Source: Parcubacteria group bacterium
GTDB taxonomy: Bacteria > Patescibacteriota > Minisyncoccia > Portnoybacterales > UBA2143
Length of the DNA stretch: 41,038 nucleotides
Reading direction: 5' to 3'
Assembly: GCA_013203625.1 (NCBI GenBank)
Contig: JABMPX010000002.1
Location: forward strand, 1-41,038
Under the pieces are notes generated by a model that saw only the letters and a program-made list of their open reading frames with translations, ran no database searches and was not told the DNA's origin. Of this stretch, positions 17,784 to 28,489 are shown in pieces. A program made the position numbers and the translations under genes. The stretch's first letter is position 1. Every line of letters starts with the position of its first letter.

Positions 17784-19538
17784 ATGTCTAAAAAAGAAGG
17801 GTTACAATTAGAAAAAATACGTCATTCTTTGTCACACTTGATGAGCATGGCAATTATTAAAATATATCCTGATGCTGGCCTGGGGGTTGGACCAGCTATA
17901 GAAAATGGTTTTTACCAGGACTATGGCCTGCCCGAATCTATTTCGTCAGAATTATTACCTAAGTTAGAGAAAGAAATCAAAAAAATGATCCTGAAGAATA
18001 TTAAGTTTGAACAGCATGACATGAGTTTTGACAAGGCCTTAAAGTTATATAAAAAAGATCCGTATAAGAGCGAAATGATAAAAGACTTAAAAAAGGCGGG
18101 TGAAAAGAAGCTAAGCTTTTACAGGTCTGATTGGTTTGAGAACTTATGCAAGGGCCCACACGTTGCATCTACTAAGGAGATTGATCCTGATGCTTTCAAA
18201 CTGACCAAAGTAGCTGGCGCTTACTGGAAAGGCGATGAAAAAAACAAAATGCTTCAGAGAGTTTATGGAGTAGCTTTTGAAACAAAAAAAGAATTATATC
18301 AATATCTAAAACAACAAGCTGAAGCTGAAAAAAGAGACCATCGGAAAATAGGAAAGGAATTAGATCTTTTTGTTTTCTCTGACTTAATTGGCAAAGGATT
18401 GCCTCTTTTAACACCTAAGGGTTCGATAATTAGACAAGAACTAGAAAAATTCATTACTGAAGAAGAAACTAAAAGAGGATATTTACGTGTTTATACTCCT
18501 GATTTAGCAAGATTAGAATTGTATAAGAAATCAGGTCACTGGCAGCATTACAAAGAAAGCATGTATCCATTAATTAATGTTGATGGCGAAGATTATGTTC
18601 TCCGGCCAATGGCTTGTCCTCATCATTTCATGTTATACAATTCACGTCCTAGAAGTTATCGAGAACTTCCTTTAAGATACGCTGAAATTGCTAGACAATA
18701 CAGAAAAGAACAATCAGGAGAACTATCCGGACTTATTAGATTAATGGCTTTCTCTTTAGTTGATGCTCATCTTGTTTGCAGACCAGATCAAATTGAAAAG
18801 GAATTTAAAGATGTTTTAGAATTAATTCAGTATAATATGAAAATTTTAGGCATTAAAGATTATTGGTATCGTTTTTCAAAATGGGATCCTAAGAATAAAA
18901 AGAAATATACTAATAATCCAAAAGCATGGCAGAAAACTGAAAAGTTAATGAAAGAGATATTAGACAAATTAAAACTTAAATATGTTGAAGCTGAAGATGA
19001 AGCTGCCTTTTATGGCCCAAAAACAGATGTTCAAGTTAAAAATGTTAATGGCAAAGAAGATACTCTTTTCACTGTCCAAATCGACTTTGACATGCCTGGA
19101 AAATTTGATATGAGCTATATAGATGAAAAAGGCAAAAAACAAACACCTATGGTGATTCATCGAGCTTCTATTGGATGCATAGAACGGACCATGGCTTTCT
19201 TGATTGAACAATATGCTGGCGCTATGCCAGTCTGGCTATCTCCAGTACAAGCTCAGATTATTCCAATTAGCGAAAAATTCATTAAATACGGCGAGAAAAT
19301 AAAAGAAATGCTTTTAAAAGAGGATGTTCGGGTTGAATTGAATAATGACAATGAAACTTTGGGCAAGAAAATTCGCGAGGGTGAAATGCAAAAAATCCCC
19401 TACCTTTTAATAGTAGGAGAAAAAGAACAAAAAGCTGGATCAGTTGCTGTTAGAGATAGGGAAAAAGGCGATCTCGGCCCTATGAAAACAAACAAGTTTA
19501 TTGAAAAAATTAAGGAAGAGATAGAGAAGAAAATTTAA
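17784..19538 (+). CDS. thrS: Threonine--tRNA ligase (lacks the N-terminal TGS domain)
   Basis: RHSLSH, LCKGPHV, GAYWKG, RDHRKIG, RPMACPHH, AFYGPK. Confidence 0.97.
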   Translation: MSKKEGLQLEKIRHSLSHLMSMAIIKIYPDAGLGVGPAIENGFYQDYGLPESISSELLPKLEKEIKKMILKNIKFEQHDMSFDKALKLYKKDPYKSEMIKDLKKAGEKKLSFYRSDWFENLCKGPHVASTKEIDPDAFKLTKVAGAYWKGDEKNKMLQRVYGVAFETKKELYQYLKQQAEAEKRDHRKIGKELDLFVFSDLIGKGLPLLTPKGSIIRQELEKFITEEETKRGYLRVYTPDLARLELYKKSGHWQHYKESMYPLINVDGEDYVLRPMACPHHFMLYNSRPRSYRELPLRYAEIARQYRKEQSGELSGLIRLMAFSLVDAHLVCRPDQIEKEFKDVLELIQYNMKILGIKDYWYRFSKWDPKNKKKYTNNPKAWQKTEKLMKEILDKLKLKYVEAEDEAAFYGPKTDVQVKNVNGKEDTLFTVQIDFDMPGKFDMSYIDEKGKKQTPMVIHRASIGCIERTMAFLIEQYAGAMPVWLSPVQAQIIPISEKFIKYGEKIKEMLLKEDVRVELNNDNETLGKKIREGEMQKIPYLLIVGEKEQKAGSVAVRDREKGDLGPMKTNKFIEKIKEEIEKKI

Positions 19539-19541
19539 TTT

Positions 19542-20288
19542 TTACTCTGTCAGCACTCTCGGTCCCTTATTAGTTACTGCTATAGTATGCTCAAAATGGG
19601 CTGATAAGCTATTGTCAGCTGTTTGAAAACAAGATCCATCAGGGCCTTTTTTTATTCCTGGCTGACCCATAACAGCCATTGGCTCAATAGCTAAAACCAT
19701 ACCTGCTTCTAATTTTAAGCCTTTATGCCGCTGTCCGAAATTAAGTATTTCTGGTGATTCGTGAAGCTGTTGTCCAATACCATGGCCACAAAGTTCTTTT
19801 ACTATTTGAAAACCCTGTGACTCAACATATGTCTGAATCGCATGGCCTACATCACCAATAGTCTTGCCTGGCTTGACTCTATTAATAGCTCTTTTAAGAG
19901 CTTTTTTTGTTACTCTAATTAAACGTCCTGCTTCTGGAGAAATAGCTCCTATTGGCACAGTAACAGCCATGTCCGAGCAAAAACCATTATAAATAATTCC
20001 TAAATCCAAACTTAAAATATCACCCTCAATCAATTTCCTTTCACAAGGCGCAGCATGGACAACTTGTTCATTAATTGAAGTACACAAAGCAGCAGGAAAT
20101 CCCTTATAGCCCTTAAAAGCTGGTTTAGCTCCAGAATCAAAAATAAGCTCTTCAGCGAGCTTATTTAAACTTTGTGTAGTAATACCTGGCTTAATCCCGC
20201 TTTTCAATTCTCTCATAATTCGAGACAGAATCTGACCAGCTTGAGCCATTATTTCAATTTGCTCTGGGGTTTTTATTGGTGTAGACAT
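19542..20288 (-). CDS. map: Methionine aminopeptidase type I
   Basis: SINEQVVH, DILSLD, GHGIG..LHE, AIEPM, AHFEHT. Confidence 0.97.
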   Translation of the reverse strand: MSTPIKTPEQIEIMAQAGQILSRIMRELKSGIKPGITTQSLNKLAEELIFDSGAKPAFKGYKGFPAALCTSINEQVVHAAPCERKLIEGDILSLDLGIIYNGFCSDMAVTVPIGAISPEAGRLIRVTKKALKRAINRVKPGKTIGDVGHAIQTYVESQGFQIVKELCGHGIGQQLHESPEILNFGQRHKGLKLEAGMVLAIEPMAVMGQPGIKKGPDGSCFQTADNSLSAHFEHTIAVTNKGPRVLTE

Positions 20289-20941
20289 TGTATAATCTCT
20301 TGATAAACATCCTCTATTGATTGTTCACCATTAATTTTGATTAATCTGCCTTGTTTTTCATAATAATCAATTGCTGGCTGAACGTCTTTTTTATAAAAAT
20401 CCAAACGCGATTGAATTGCTTCTGGCTTATCGTCAAAACGTGTTTCTAATTCTCCTCCGCATTTATCGCATTTTTCTAAATCTTTAAACTCGCCTACCCA
20501 GGGAATTAATCGACTGCAATTTTTACAAATTCTACGCTTAGTTAATCGGCTAAAAGCTTCTTGTTCTGAGATATCTAATAAAACAACTTTTACATTGTCC
20601 CATTCATACCATTCAAAAGCGCTATCCATTAATTTTGCTTCTATTAAAAAACGGGGACTTCCATCAACAATCAATCCATTTTTATTTATCTTCTTTCTCA
20701 TCTCGGCTATTTTTCCTGCCCAGAATCTAAACATAACTGGCGTCGGAACCAAATCTCCTTTATCCATTACTTGTTTTAATTTCTTGCCAGTAAAATCATC
20801 TTTTTTGGATCTTTCCCTTAATAACTTGCCGCTGCTTAAATAATCAAAGCCAAACTCTTTTATTAAAAGTTTGGCTTGAGTTCCTTTGCCGCATCCAGAT
20901 CTTCCAAGTAAAATAATAATTTGTGGCTGATTATCAGACAT
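20273..20941 (-). CDS. adk: Adenylate kinase with Zn-binding LID
   Basis: GRSGCGKGTQA, DGSPR, CxxC...CxxC lid; secY-adk-map order; start reassigned to ATG 20941. Confidence 0.93.
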   Translation of the reverse strand: MSDNQPQIIILLGRSGCGKGTQAKLLIKEFGFDYLSSGKLLRERSKKDDFTGKKLKQVMDKGDLVPTPVMFRFWAGKIAEMRKKINKNGLIVDGSPRFLIEAKLMDSAFEWYEWDNVKVVLLDISEQEAFSRLTKRRICKNCSRLIPWVGEFKDLEKCDKCGGELETRFDDKPEAIQSRLDFYKKDVQPAIDYYEKQGRLIKINGEQSIEDVYQEIIQCLHQ

Positions 20942-20945
20942 AATA

Positions 20946-22229
20946 TTACAATTCTTCATAATCTCTCATTGTTAATTGAGAATTAATCTGACGAATAGTT
21001 TCTAAAACAACAGAAACAACAATTAAAAGAGCAGTACCGCCAATGGCAAATCCAAAAGCAGTAATGCCTGTAGCTCCTTGAATAATAGAAGGCAAAACAG
21101 CAATTGTTCCTAGAAAAATAGCTCCAAAAAGCAAGACCCTGTTAAGAATAAAATAAAGAAAATCAGAAGTTGATTTACCAGGACGAATGCCTGGAATAAA
21201 ACCGCCCATTTTCTGTAGATTATTAGATACATTTTTAGGATCAAAAGTAACTGCTGTGTAAAAATATGTAAAAAGCACTACTAGGGCGAAATAACAAATA
21301 CCGTAAAACCATGGATTTTGAAAAAGATTTCCAACTATTTGAGCAAAATGAGCCAGCCAGCCAATACTAGAAGCGCCCAAAAAACTAGCTACCATACCAG
21401 GGAAAAGCATGATTGATAAGGCGAAAATAATAGGAATTACTCCAGCTGGATTAACATTCAAAGGCAAATAAGTAGAAACGCCTCCATAAACTCGATGACC
21501 GCGAACACGCTTAGCATAAGAAACCGGAATATTGCGCCGTCCTTCAGTAATCACAACTACACTAGCCGTAATAACCAAAGCTAAAATAAGAAAAGCGATA
21601 TACGAAGGAATTTTAGAAGGATCATAAGTAATTGCCAATTCCCTAATTGAAAGCGGCACACTAGAAACAATACCGGCAAAAATTAACAAAGAGACTCCAT
21701 TGCCTATTCCTTTTTCAGAGACTAGCTCGCCTAGCCACATTAAAAACAAAGCTCCAGCTGTAATCACTAAAATAGAAGTAGCCCATTGGATTGTAGTAAA
21801 AGAACCAAGAATGCCTTGTCTGCCTAAAATATTTAACATAGCATAGGCCTGCAAAGCAGCTAAAGGCACAGTTAATATGCGACTATATTGATTAAATTTC
21901 TGGCGGCCAGATTCGCCTTCTTCTTTGTAAAGAGCTTCTAATTGAGGGAAAATCATTGTTAATAATTGCATAATAATCGTAGCTGTAATAAACGGCCCTA
22001 ACCCTAACATAATAATTGACAAATTACTCATTGCTCCGCCAGTAAATATATTTAATAAACCGAATAACTGATTATTGGAAAAAAACTCTCTTAAACGCTC
22101 AACATCAATACCTGGCACTGGAATATTAGCCGCTATGCGGAAAACAATAAAGATCATTAATACAAAAAATATCTTCTTGCGCAGATCTTTAATTTTGAAA
22201 ATTTGGATAGTTTTTTCTAACCACTTCAT
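20946..22229 (-). CDS. secY: Preprotein translocase SecY
   Basis: LGLGPFITA, GIGNGVSL, AGVIPIIFA, IPGIRPG. Confidence 0.98.
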   Translation of the reverse strand: MKWLEKTIQIFKIKDLRKKIFFVLMIFIVFRIAANIPVPGIDVERLREFFSNNQLFGLLNIFTGGAMSNLSIIMLGLGPFITATIIMQLLTMIFPQLEALYKEEGESGRQKFNQYSRILTVPLAALQAYAMLNILGRQGILGSFTTIQWATSILVITAGALFLMWLGELVSEKGIGNGVSLLIFAGIVSSVPLSIRELAITYDPSKIPSYIAFLILALVITASVVVITEGRRNIPVSYAKRVRGHRVYGGVSTYLPLNVNPAGVIPIIFALSIMLFPGMVASFLGASSIGWLAHFAQIVGNLFQNPWFYGICYFALVVLFTYFYTAVTFDPKNVSNNLQKMGGFIPGIRPGKSTSDFLYFILNRVLLFGAIFLGTIAVLPSIIQGATGITAFGFAIGGTALLIVVSVVLETIRQINSQLTMRDYEEL

Positions 22230-22240
22230 ATTTTTAAATA

Positions 22241-22723
22241 TTATTCAGATTTATCTGATTTGCTTTTTTTCTGAACACTTTTTGATAATCTTACTCCTTT
22301 AAATTTCAATTTTTTCTTTAGTTCTCCTTGTCCTAAAATCTTCACTTTAGGAACTCTGCCTTTTATTTTACCAATTAGACCCATCTTTAACAAACTTTGT
22401 GGTGAGACAATTTCATCACTCTTAAATTTTTGCTCAATATCTTTTAAATTAACAATAACTGGTCTGGATTGAAATCTTAATCTGTTTATTTTTGATCCTC
22501 GTTTTACTTTTGTAGTTTTATGTTTACCAGTTGTCCCTCTTCTTTTAGGTAAACGTTTGCTTAATGTTGTATCTCCACCAGCAAAATCCACTCGTGGTTT
22601 TTTCCCTGCTCGAGATTTTTGTCCTTTAACTCCTTTGCCAGAATAAGTTCCTTTTTTACCGCCACGACCAACTCGTTTACGAGATTTCTTCTTATATGTA
22701 GGTTTTAATTGATGTAATTGCAT
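22241..22723 (-). CDS. rplO: 50S ribosomal protein uL15
   Basis: KRVGRG..GT.SGKG.KGQKSR; position before secY. Confidence 0.95.
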   Translation of the reverse strand: MQLHQLKPTYKKKSRKRVGRGGKKGTYSGKGVKGQKSRAGKKPRVDFAGGDTTLSKRLPKRRGTTGKHKTTKVKRGSKINRLRFQSRPVIVNLKDIEQKFKSDEIVSPQSLLKMGLIGKIKGRVPKVKILGQGELKKKLKFKGVRLSKSVQKKSKSDKSE

Positions 22724-22743
22724 AATAGAATTTTAATTTCTAA

Positions 22744-23199
22744 TTATTTGGTCTTTAATTTCTGCAATGCCTTAATAGTTGCCTGCGCATTATTTAATTT
22801 ATTCTTGCTTCTGCCTAAAATTTTTCCTGAAACGTTTTCAACGCCAACTAAATCGCAAACTGCTCGAATGGCTCCGCCAGCAACTATGCCCTTCCCTTTT
22901 ATTCCTGGTTTTAATAGAACCTTTGAACTGCCAAATTTTGCTTCTACTGTGTGAGGAATTGTTCCTTCAACTAAAGAAACCTTGATTATATTTTTCTTTG
23001 CGTCAGTTACTGCTTTTTCAACAGCTATGCTAACATCTTGACCCTTTGCTACGCCTATTCCAACTTTTCCTTTTCTGTCCCCAATAACTACAACTGCTCT
23101 AAATCTAAAACGCCGTCCGCCAGCCATTACCCTAACAACTCGAGCGACATCAAGTAATTTCTGTTCGTATTCTCTTTTTTCTTGTTGTTTAATAAACAT
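22744..23199 (-). CDS. rpsE: 30S ribosomal protein uS5
   Basis: RVVRVMAGGRRFRF, GIVAGG. Confidence 0.97.
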   Translation of the reverse strand: MFIKQQEKREYEQKLLDVARVVRVMAGGRRFRFRAVVVIGDRKGKVGIGVAKGQDVSIAVEKAVTDAKKNIIKVSLVEGTIPHTVEAKFGSSKVLLKPGIKGKGIVAGGAIRAVCDLVGVENVSGKILGRSKNKLNNAQATIKALQKLKTK

Positions 23200-23205
23200 A
23201 TTGAT

Positions 23206-23556
23206 TTAAAACTTTAATCCTTCTTTTCTTGCTCCTTCAGCCATTGCTTTAACCCGGCCATGATACTTATATCCTCCTCTGTCAAAAACAACTTTTCCAA
23301 TTTTCTTATCTAATGCTTTCTTTGCAATTATTTGGCCGACTTTATAAGCAATTTCAACTTTATTAGTTAAAGCCCCTTTCTTTATCTCTGAATCATTAAC
23401 TGAAATTAAAGTAATTCCTTTATCATCATTAATTAATTGTCCGCTGATATGCTGATTACTGCGAAAAACAGAAAAACGAGGGCAACTTTTAGTCCCTTTA
23501 ACTTTTGCTCTGATGCGTTTATGGCGATTATAACGTTTTTCTCTTTTCTTTTGCAT
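23206..23556 (-). CDS. rplR: 50S ribosomal protein uL18
   Basis: VFRSN, VVFDRGGYKYHGRV. Confidence 0.97.
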   Translation of the reverse strand: MQKKREKRYNRHKRIRAKVKGTKSCPRFSVFRSNQHISGQLINDDKGITLISVNDSEIKKGALTNKVEIAYKVGQIIAKKALDKKIGKVVFDRGGYKYHGRVKAMAEGARKEGLKF

Positions 23557-23591
23557 ATTGTTTGAAAATTAAAAATTGAAAATTAAAAATT

Positions 23592-24149
23592 CTATTCCGT
23601 TCCTGCTGCTTTTTTACCTGCTTTTCTTTTAACAACTTCATCAACATACCTAATTCCTTTGCCTTTATATGGCTCTGGCTTGCGCTGATCTCTAATCTTA
23701 GCTGCAATTTGGCCAACTAATTGTTTATCTGTTCCTGAAATAGTAATAATATTCTTATCTGCCTTGAATTCAATTCCTTTTGGAGCTTCAATGTCAACTG
23801 GATGAGAAAGGCCAATATTCAAACTCAATTTATCGCCTTGAAGAGATGCCCTATATCCAACGCCCTGAATCTCTAATTTTTTTTCAAATCCATCAGTTAC
23901 GCCTTTAACCATATTAAAAATTAAAGCCCTGAATAAACCCCATAAAGCAGAAGCATCTTTTGATTCTTTTTTAGGACTAACCAATAATTCTTTCTGTCCA
24001 TTAGACGAATCTTTCAAAGTTAACTCAATTTGAGAAAGAATTGTCTGATTTAATTCTCCTAGAGGACCTTTTACTGTAATTTGATTATCGCTAATTTTTA
24101 CTTCAACGTTTTCTGGAATTGTAATTGGTTGTTTTCCTATTCTTGACAT
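23592..24149 (-). CDS. rplF: 50S ribosomal protein uL6
   Basis: MSRIGK, PEPYKGKGIRY. Confidence 0.98.
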   Translation of the reverse strand: MSRIGKQPITIPENVEVKISDNQITVKGPLGELNQTILSQIELTLKDSSNGQKELLVSPKKESKDASALWGLFRALIFNMVKGVTDGFEKKLEIQGVGYRASLQGDKLSLNIGLSHPVDIEAPKGIEFKADKNIITISGTDKQLVGQIAAKIRDQRKPEPYKGKGIRYVDEVVKRKAGKKAAGTE

Positions 24150-24158
24150 AAATTTAGT

Positions 24159-24548
24159 TTAATAAATTTCGCAAAGTATTTCTCCTCCTAATCCTTTTCT
24201 CTTAGCTTCATTGTTAGTCATTAATCCTTGAGGTGTAGAGATAATAATTAAGCCATAACCTTGCCTAATTGGCTTTAATTCATCTTTCTTTATATAAATT
24301 CTTAAACCAGGCTTGCTGATTCTTTTTATGCTGCTAATAATTGGCGTATCATTCTTATACCTTAACTCAATTTCAATCACTTTTTTTGTTTTTTTACCTT
24401 GAGTATCTGTTTTACCGATTAATCCTTCTTTTTCTAAGATTTTGGCCAAATTAAACTTTAATTTAGAAAAAGGAATAGTTACTGTTTTATGAGAAACAGC
24501 TTGAGCATTTCTTATTCTAGTTAACATGTCTGCAATTGGATCACTCAT
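24159..24548 (-). CDS. rpsH: 30S ribosomal protein uS8
   Basis: DPIADMLTRIRNA, SKPGLR. Confidence 0.98.
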   Translation of the reverse strand: MSDPIADMLTRIRNAQAVSHKTVTIPFSKLKFNLAKILEKEGLIGKTDTQGKKTKKVIEIELRYKNDTPIISSIKRISKPGLRIYIKKDELKPIRQGYGLIIISTPQGLMTNNEAKRKGLGGEILCEIY

Positions 24549-24558
24549 ATATTTAAAA

Positions 24559-24744
24559 TTACCATGAAGATTTTTTTATCCCTGGTATTTCTCCTTTATT
24601 AGCTAATTCTCTAAAACATATTCGACATAAACCAAAATTCCGTAAATATCCTTTATTTCTGCCACAACGAAAACAGCGTCTTATTATCCGTGAAGAAAAT
24701 TTTGGCTTTTTCTTGGCTCTAGCAATAACTGATTTTTTAGGCAT
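24559..24744 (-). CDS. rpsN: 30S ribosomal protein uS14, Zn-binding (type Z)
   Basis: 61 aa, RCFRCGR...LCRICFRE. Confidence 0.97.
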   Translation of the reverse strand: MPKKSVIARAKKKPKFSSRIIRRCFRCGRNKGYLRNFGLCRICFRELANKGEIPGIKKSSW

Positions 24745-24758
24745 AAAATTATTTACTA

Positions 24759-25301
24759 TTATTCATTGAATTTTATTGGAAATCCCAATAATTTAAACAT
24801 TTCCCTTCCTTGTTCATGCGTATCAGCCGTAGTAACAATGGCAATTTCCAATCCAAAAATATTTTTAGCGCTTTCTGCTGAAATCTCTGGAAAAATAATC
24901 TGTTCTTTGATCCCGATATTAAAATTGCCTTTGCTGTCAATATTTTTTTCTGGCAAACCGCGGAAATCACGGCTTCGCGGCAAAGCAATATTGACCAACC
25001 TATCTAAAAAATCATACATCTGCTGTTTTCTTAATGTAACTACTAATCCAATAATCATGCCCTCTCTTATTTTAAAACCAGCTTCAGATTTTTTAGCTTT
25101 ACGCGATACGGGCTTTTGGCTAGTAATCGAAGACATATCTTTGGCAATTTCTTCTTGGACTTTTTCATTCTTATTTGTTGGATTAAAGCCAGTATTAACT
25201 ACAACCTTAACGATTCTTGGCACAGCTAAATCACTCTTATACCCAAATTTCTCTTTCATGGCTGGAATAACTTGTTTTTGATATTTTTCTTTAAATTTCA
25301 T
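24759..25301 (-). CDS. rplE: 50S ribosomal protein uL5
   Basis: [24 protein letters not shown]. Confidence 0.98.
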   Translation of the reverse strand: MKFKEKYQKQVIPAMKEKFGYKSDLAVPRIVKVVVNTGFNPTNKNEKVQEEIAKDMSSITSQKPVSRKAKKSEAGFKIREGMIIGLVVTLRKQQMYDFLDRLVNIALPRSRDFRGLPEKNIDSKGNFNIGIKEQIIFPEISAESAKNIFGLEIAIVTTADTHEQGREMFKLLGFPIKFNE

Positions 25302-25313
25302 AATTAAAAACTT

Positions 25314-25619
25314 TTAAATCTCTTGTTTGCATTTCTTGCAGATCCGATATTTTTTCTTTTCAACTATCTTGTACCCTACTCTTGCAGCCTTGCTGCATTT
25401 AGGACAAATTAATTTAACATTAGAAGCGTCTATTGGTCTAACAACTTCAATAATTTGTCCTTTTTCTCTTTCTTGTTTTGGGCGACGATGTTTTTTAGTA
25501 ATATTAACTCCTTCAACAACAATCTTATTTTTACTAGGAAAAACTGACAAAACTTTGCCTTTTTTGCCTTTATCTTTGCCGGTTGTTACTAATATTGTAT
25601 CGCCTTTTTTAATCTTCAT
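25314..25619 (-). CDS. rplX: 50S ribosomal protein uL24
   Basis: KIKKGD..V..GKDKGK; Zn-ribbon CxxC pairs. Confidence 0.97.
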   Translation of the reverse strand: MKIKKGDTILVTTGKDKGKKGKVLSVFPSKNKIVVEGVNITKKHRRPKQEREKGQIIEVVRPIDASNVKLICPKCSKAARVGYKIVEKKKYRICKKCKQEI

Positions 25620-25633
25620 AATTCTTTGGGTTG

Positions 25634-25999
25634 TTATAATACTTCTGGAGCTAATGATACTATCTTGTCAAAGCCTTTTTCTTTTAATTCTCGTGGAATT
25701 GGTCCAAAAATACGACCACCTTTAGGATTAAACCCATCAACAATAACTGCTGCGTTTTCATCAAAACGTATATAGGATCCGTCTGCTCGACGAAAAGCTT
25801 TTTTTTGCCGCACAATTACTGCTCTAACAACATCTTTCTTTTTAACCGCTTTTCTTGGTTCCGCTACTTTAACTGAAGCAACAACAATATCTCCAATCTG
25901 AGCATAACGCCGACGGCTTCCTCCTAAAACCTTAAAACATTTGATCATCTTAGCTCCGCAATTATCAGCTATTTTTAATTTTGTTCCTGCTTGTATCAT
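25634..25999 (-). CDS. rplN: 50S ribosomal protein uL14
   Basis: [23 protein letters not shown]. Confidence 0.98.
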   Translation of the reverse strand: MIQAGTKLKIADNCGAKMIKCFKVLGGSRRRYAQIGDIVVASVKVAEPRKAVKKKDVVRAVIVRQKKAFRRADGSYIRFDENAAVIVDGFNPKGGRIFGPIPRELKEKGFDKIVSLAPEVL

Positions 26000-26003
26000 G
26001 CTT

Positions 26004-26288
26004 TTATTTTAATTGATCTAATTTAATAACCTTCCATTTCTTATTCTTACTTATTGGCCGACATTCCTGAATAATAACTTTATCTTCTTTTTTATACTCA
26101 TTTTTCTCATCATGAACCTTATATTTCTTACCAACCTTATATCTTCTCTTATATTTAGGATGCTTTTTATATCTATTAACTAAAACAACAACAGTTTTAT
26201 CCATTTTATCACTAATAACTACTCCCTTAAAAAAACGGCCTTTTTTTTCTTCAACATTTTTATCTTTTTTAACTTTATTGTTTTTCAT
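26004..26288 (-). CDS. rpsQ: 30S ribosomal protein uS17
   Basis: [23 protein letters not shown]. Confidence 0.97.
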   Translation of the reverse strand: MKNNKVKKDKNVEEKKGRFFKGVVISDKMDKTVVVLVNRYKKHPKYKRRYKVGKKYKVHDEKNEYKKEDKVIIQECRPISKNKKWKVIKLDQLK

Positions 26289-26475
26289 TATGGTTTTTTG
26301 ATTTTAAAATAGTTAAAATTCTAGCAATGTTTCTGCGAAGTTCTTTAACCTGCTTAACATTTTTAAGTTTTTTTGAAGCTAAATCAAATTTAAGCTGACC
26401 AAGCTTATACTGGCTCCTATTCAAGAGGTCTCTTAATTCTTTTTCTGTTTTTTGACGTAATTCTTTAACTTTCAT
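26275..26475 (-). CDS. rpmC: 50S ribosomal protein uL29
   Basis: MKVKELRQK...RRNIARILT; true start ATG 26475 (the track ORF is over-extended into rplP). Confidence 0.93.
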   Translation of the reverse strand: MKVKELRQKTEKELRDLLNRSQYKLGQLKFDLASKKLKNVKQVKELRRNIARILTILKSKNHNEKQ

Positions 26476-26485
26476 AAATGTGGTT

Positions 26486-26896
26486 TTAGCGAGTAATAAA
26501 TTTTGTTTTAACTGGTAATTTATGACTAGCGCGACGCATTGCTTCTTTTGCCATTTCTTCAGGAATGCCATCCATTTCAAAAATAATCCGGCCTGGCTCG
26601 ACTGGCATAACATAATGGTCAACACTGCCTTTGCCTCCGCCCATTGGCACTTCTATTCCTTTCTTGGTTACTGGCTTATCAGGAAAAACTCTAATCCAAA
26701 TCTTGCCTCCGCGCTGAACATATCTAGTCATGGCGCGCCGAGCTGCTTCAATCTGCCTTGCGGTTAACCAGCATCCAGCCACAATTTTTAAACCAAAAGA
26801 ACCAAACGATAATTCTGCGCCTCTGGTTGCTTTGCCTTTGCCTCTTCTGCGGCCTTTCTGCCATTTTCTATGTTTTACTTTTTTTGGGGATAACAT
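26486..26896 (-). CDS. rplP: 50S ribosomal protein uL16
   Basis: [24 protein letters not shown]. Confidence 0.98.
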   Translation of the reverse strand: MLSPKKVKHRKWQKGRRRGKGKATRGAELSFGSFGLKIVAGCWLTARQIEAARRAMTRYVQRGGKIWIRVFPDKPVTKKGIEVPMGGGKGSVDHYVMPVEPGRIIFEMDGIPEEMAKEAMRRASHKLPVKTKFITR

Positions 26897-26898
26897 AA

Positions 26899-27555
26899 TT
26901 ATTTATCAAATACTTCTCCCTTGTAAATCCAGACCTTTACGCCAACTGTTCCGTAAGCAGTATAGGCAGTTGCTTGAGCATAGTCAATATCAGAACGCAG
27001 GGTTTGCAAAGGAACTCTTCCTTTTTTCAACCATTCTTTTCTGGCAATCTCAGCGCCATTTAATCTCCCGCCAACCATTATCTTGGCTCCTTCAACGTTC
27101 TTATTCTGAATAATTTTATCTAAAGATTGTTTCATCACCCGGCGATAAGGCATTCGTCTTTCTAATTGGCCTGCTATTTCCATAGCCATAACCAAGGCTC
27201 GAGCTGTTGGTTCTCCAACTTCCTCTATTTCTAAACGAACTTCCAAATTGGCTGTTTCTGTCTTGTCTTTTTTAATAATTGCTTTTATTTCTTTCTTAAG
27301 CTCTTCTGCTCCGCTTCCTCCCCTTCCAATAATTAAACCTGGCCGAGATGTTTCAATAATAATATTAATAGCATTAACTGATCGTTCTATTTTTATTAAA
27401 TTAATTCCAGCCTTATCTAATTTTTTCGTAATAAAATCCCGCAATTTTACATCTTGCTCTAAAAAATTTCTATATCTCTTTCGACTAAACCATTTTGATT
27501 TCCAGTCAGTAACTATGCCTAATCGAAAAATGTATGGATGAACTTTATGTCCCAT
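26899..27555 (-). CDS. rpsC: 30S ribosomal protein uS3
   Basis: [23 protein letters not shown]. Confidence 0.98.
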   Translation of the reverse strand: MGHKVHPYIFRLGIVTDWKSKWFSRKRYRNFLEQDVKLRDFITKKLDKAGINLIKIERSVNAINIIIETSRPGLIIGRGGSGAEELKKEIKAIIKKDKTETANLEVRLEIEEVGEPTARALVMAMEIAGQLERRMPYRRVMKQSLDKIIQNKNVEGAKIMVGGRLNGAEIARKEWLKKGRVPLQTLRSDIDYAQATAYTAYGTVGVKVWIYKGEVFDK

Positions 27556-27568
27556 GAAATTTTAATAA

Positions 27569-28159
27569 TTAAATGCTTTTTCTCCTAAAAACCTTTTTAG
27601 CGTTGCCAAAAGTCTGCCTGCTGAAAAACTTTTTCTTTGATTGAGAAGTTGTTTGATATGGCTTAGGGGGCAAAACTTTTTTCGGCCTTGAAATAATTTT
27701 TTCATCTTCTCCTGTTTTTTCTACTGGCTGGCTGATTTCCTCTAATAAATCATGTTTTTTTTCTTCTTTAGCAGTTGATTTAATCTGATCTTTGGATGGT
27801 TCTTTTTTGATTTCTTTCTTAATTTCCTTATTAATTTGATCCAAAACTATAGTCAAATGGCTGGTTCTTTTCATTATTGAAGAAGCTCGGCCCATTGCTC
27901 GAGGACGCCATCGCTTTAGTGTTGGGGCAATATCAACAAAAATTTCAGCAATATAGAGATTATTTTTCTCTAAATCAGCGTTATGCTTAGCATTAGCTAC
28001 TGCTGAATTTAAAAGCTTTAAAACATGCTTGGCTGACCTTTTTGTTAAAAATTTTAACTGTTTCTCAGCCTCTCCTACGGTTAATCCCTTAATTAGATTA
28101 GCTGTTAATCTAATTTTTCGAGGAGATATCCTTAAATGTCTTAATTTGGCTGTAATCAT
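27569..28159 (-). CDS. rplV: 50S ribosomal protein uL22 with a long C-terminal extension
   Basis: RISPRK, SAVANA, RPRAMGRA; ~85 extra C-terminal residues. Confidence 0.96.
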   Translation of the reverse strand: MITAKLRHLRISPRKIRLTANLIKGLTVGEAEKQLKFLTKRSAKHVLKLLNSAVANAKHNADLEKNNLYIAEIFVDIAPTLKRWRPRAMGRASSIMKRTSHLTIVLDQINKEIKKEIKKEPSKDQIKSTAKEEKKHDLLEEISQPVEKTGEDEKIISRPKKVLPPKPYQTTSQSKKKFFSRQTFGNAKKVFRRKSI

Positions 28160-28170
28160 AAATTTATTGC

Positions 28171-28470
28171 TTATTTGCCTTTTTGCCTAGCAGATGTTTC
28201 CTGCTCTTTTTGCATTTTACCGCCGTGTCTAATAAATTTTCTTGTTGGAGAAAATTCACCTAATTTATGGCCAACCATATCTTCTGTAATAAAAACTGAA
28301 ATATGATCTTTCCCATTATGAACGCCAAAAGTAAAACCGACCATTTCCGGAGTAATTGTGCATGCTCGAGCCCATGTTTTAATTATTGTTTTATCCCCCA
28401 ATTTTAACTTAGCTATTTTCTTTAATAGCTTATCATCAACATATGGGCCTTTTTTTAAACTTCGTGACAT
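28171..28470 (-). CDS. rpsS: 30S ribosomal protein uS19
   Basis: [17 protein letters not shown]. Confidence 0.98.
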   Translation of the reverse strand: MSRSLKKGPYVDDKLLKKIAKLKLGDKTIIKTWARACTITPEMVGFTFGVHNGKDHISVFITEDMVGHKLGEFSPTRKFIRHGGKMQKEQETSARQKGK

Positions 28471-28489
28471 AATTTAATAAATTACTTTA

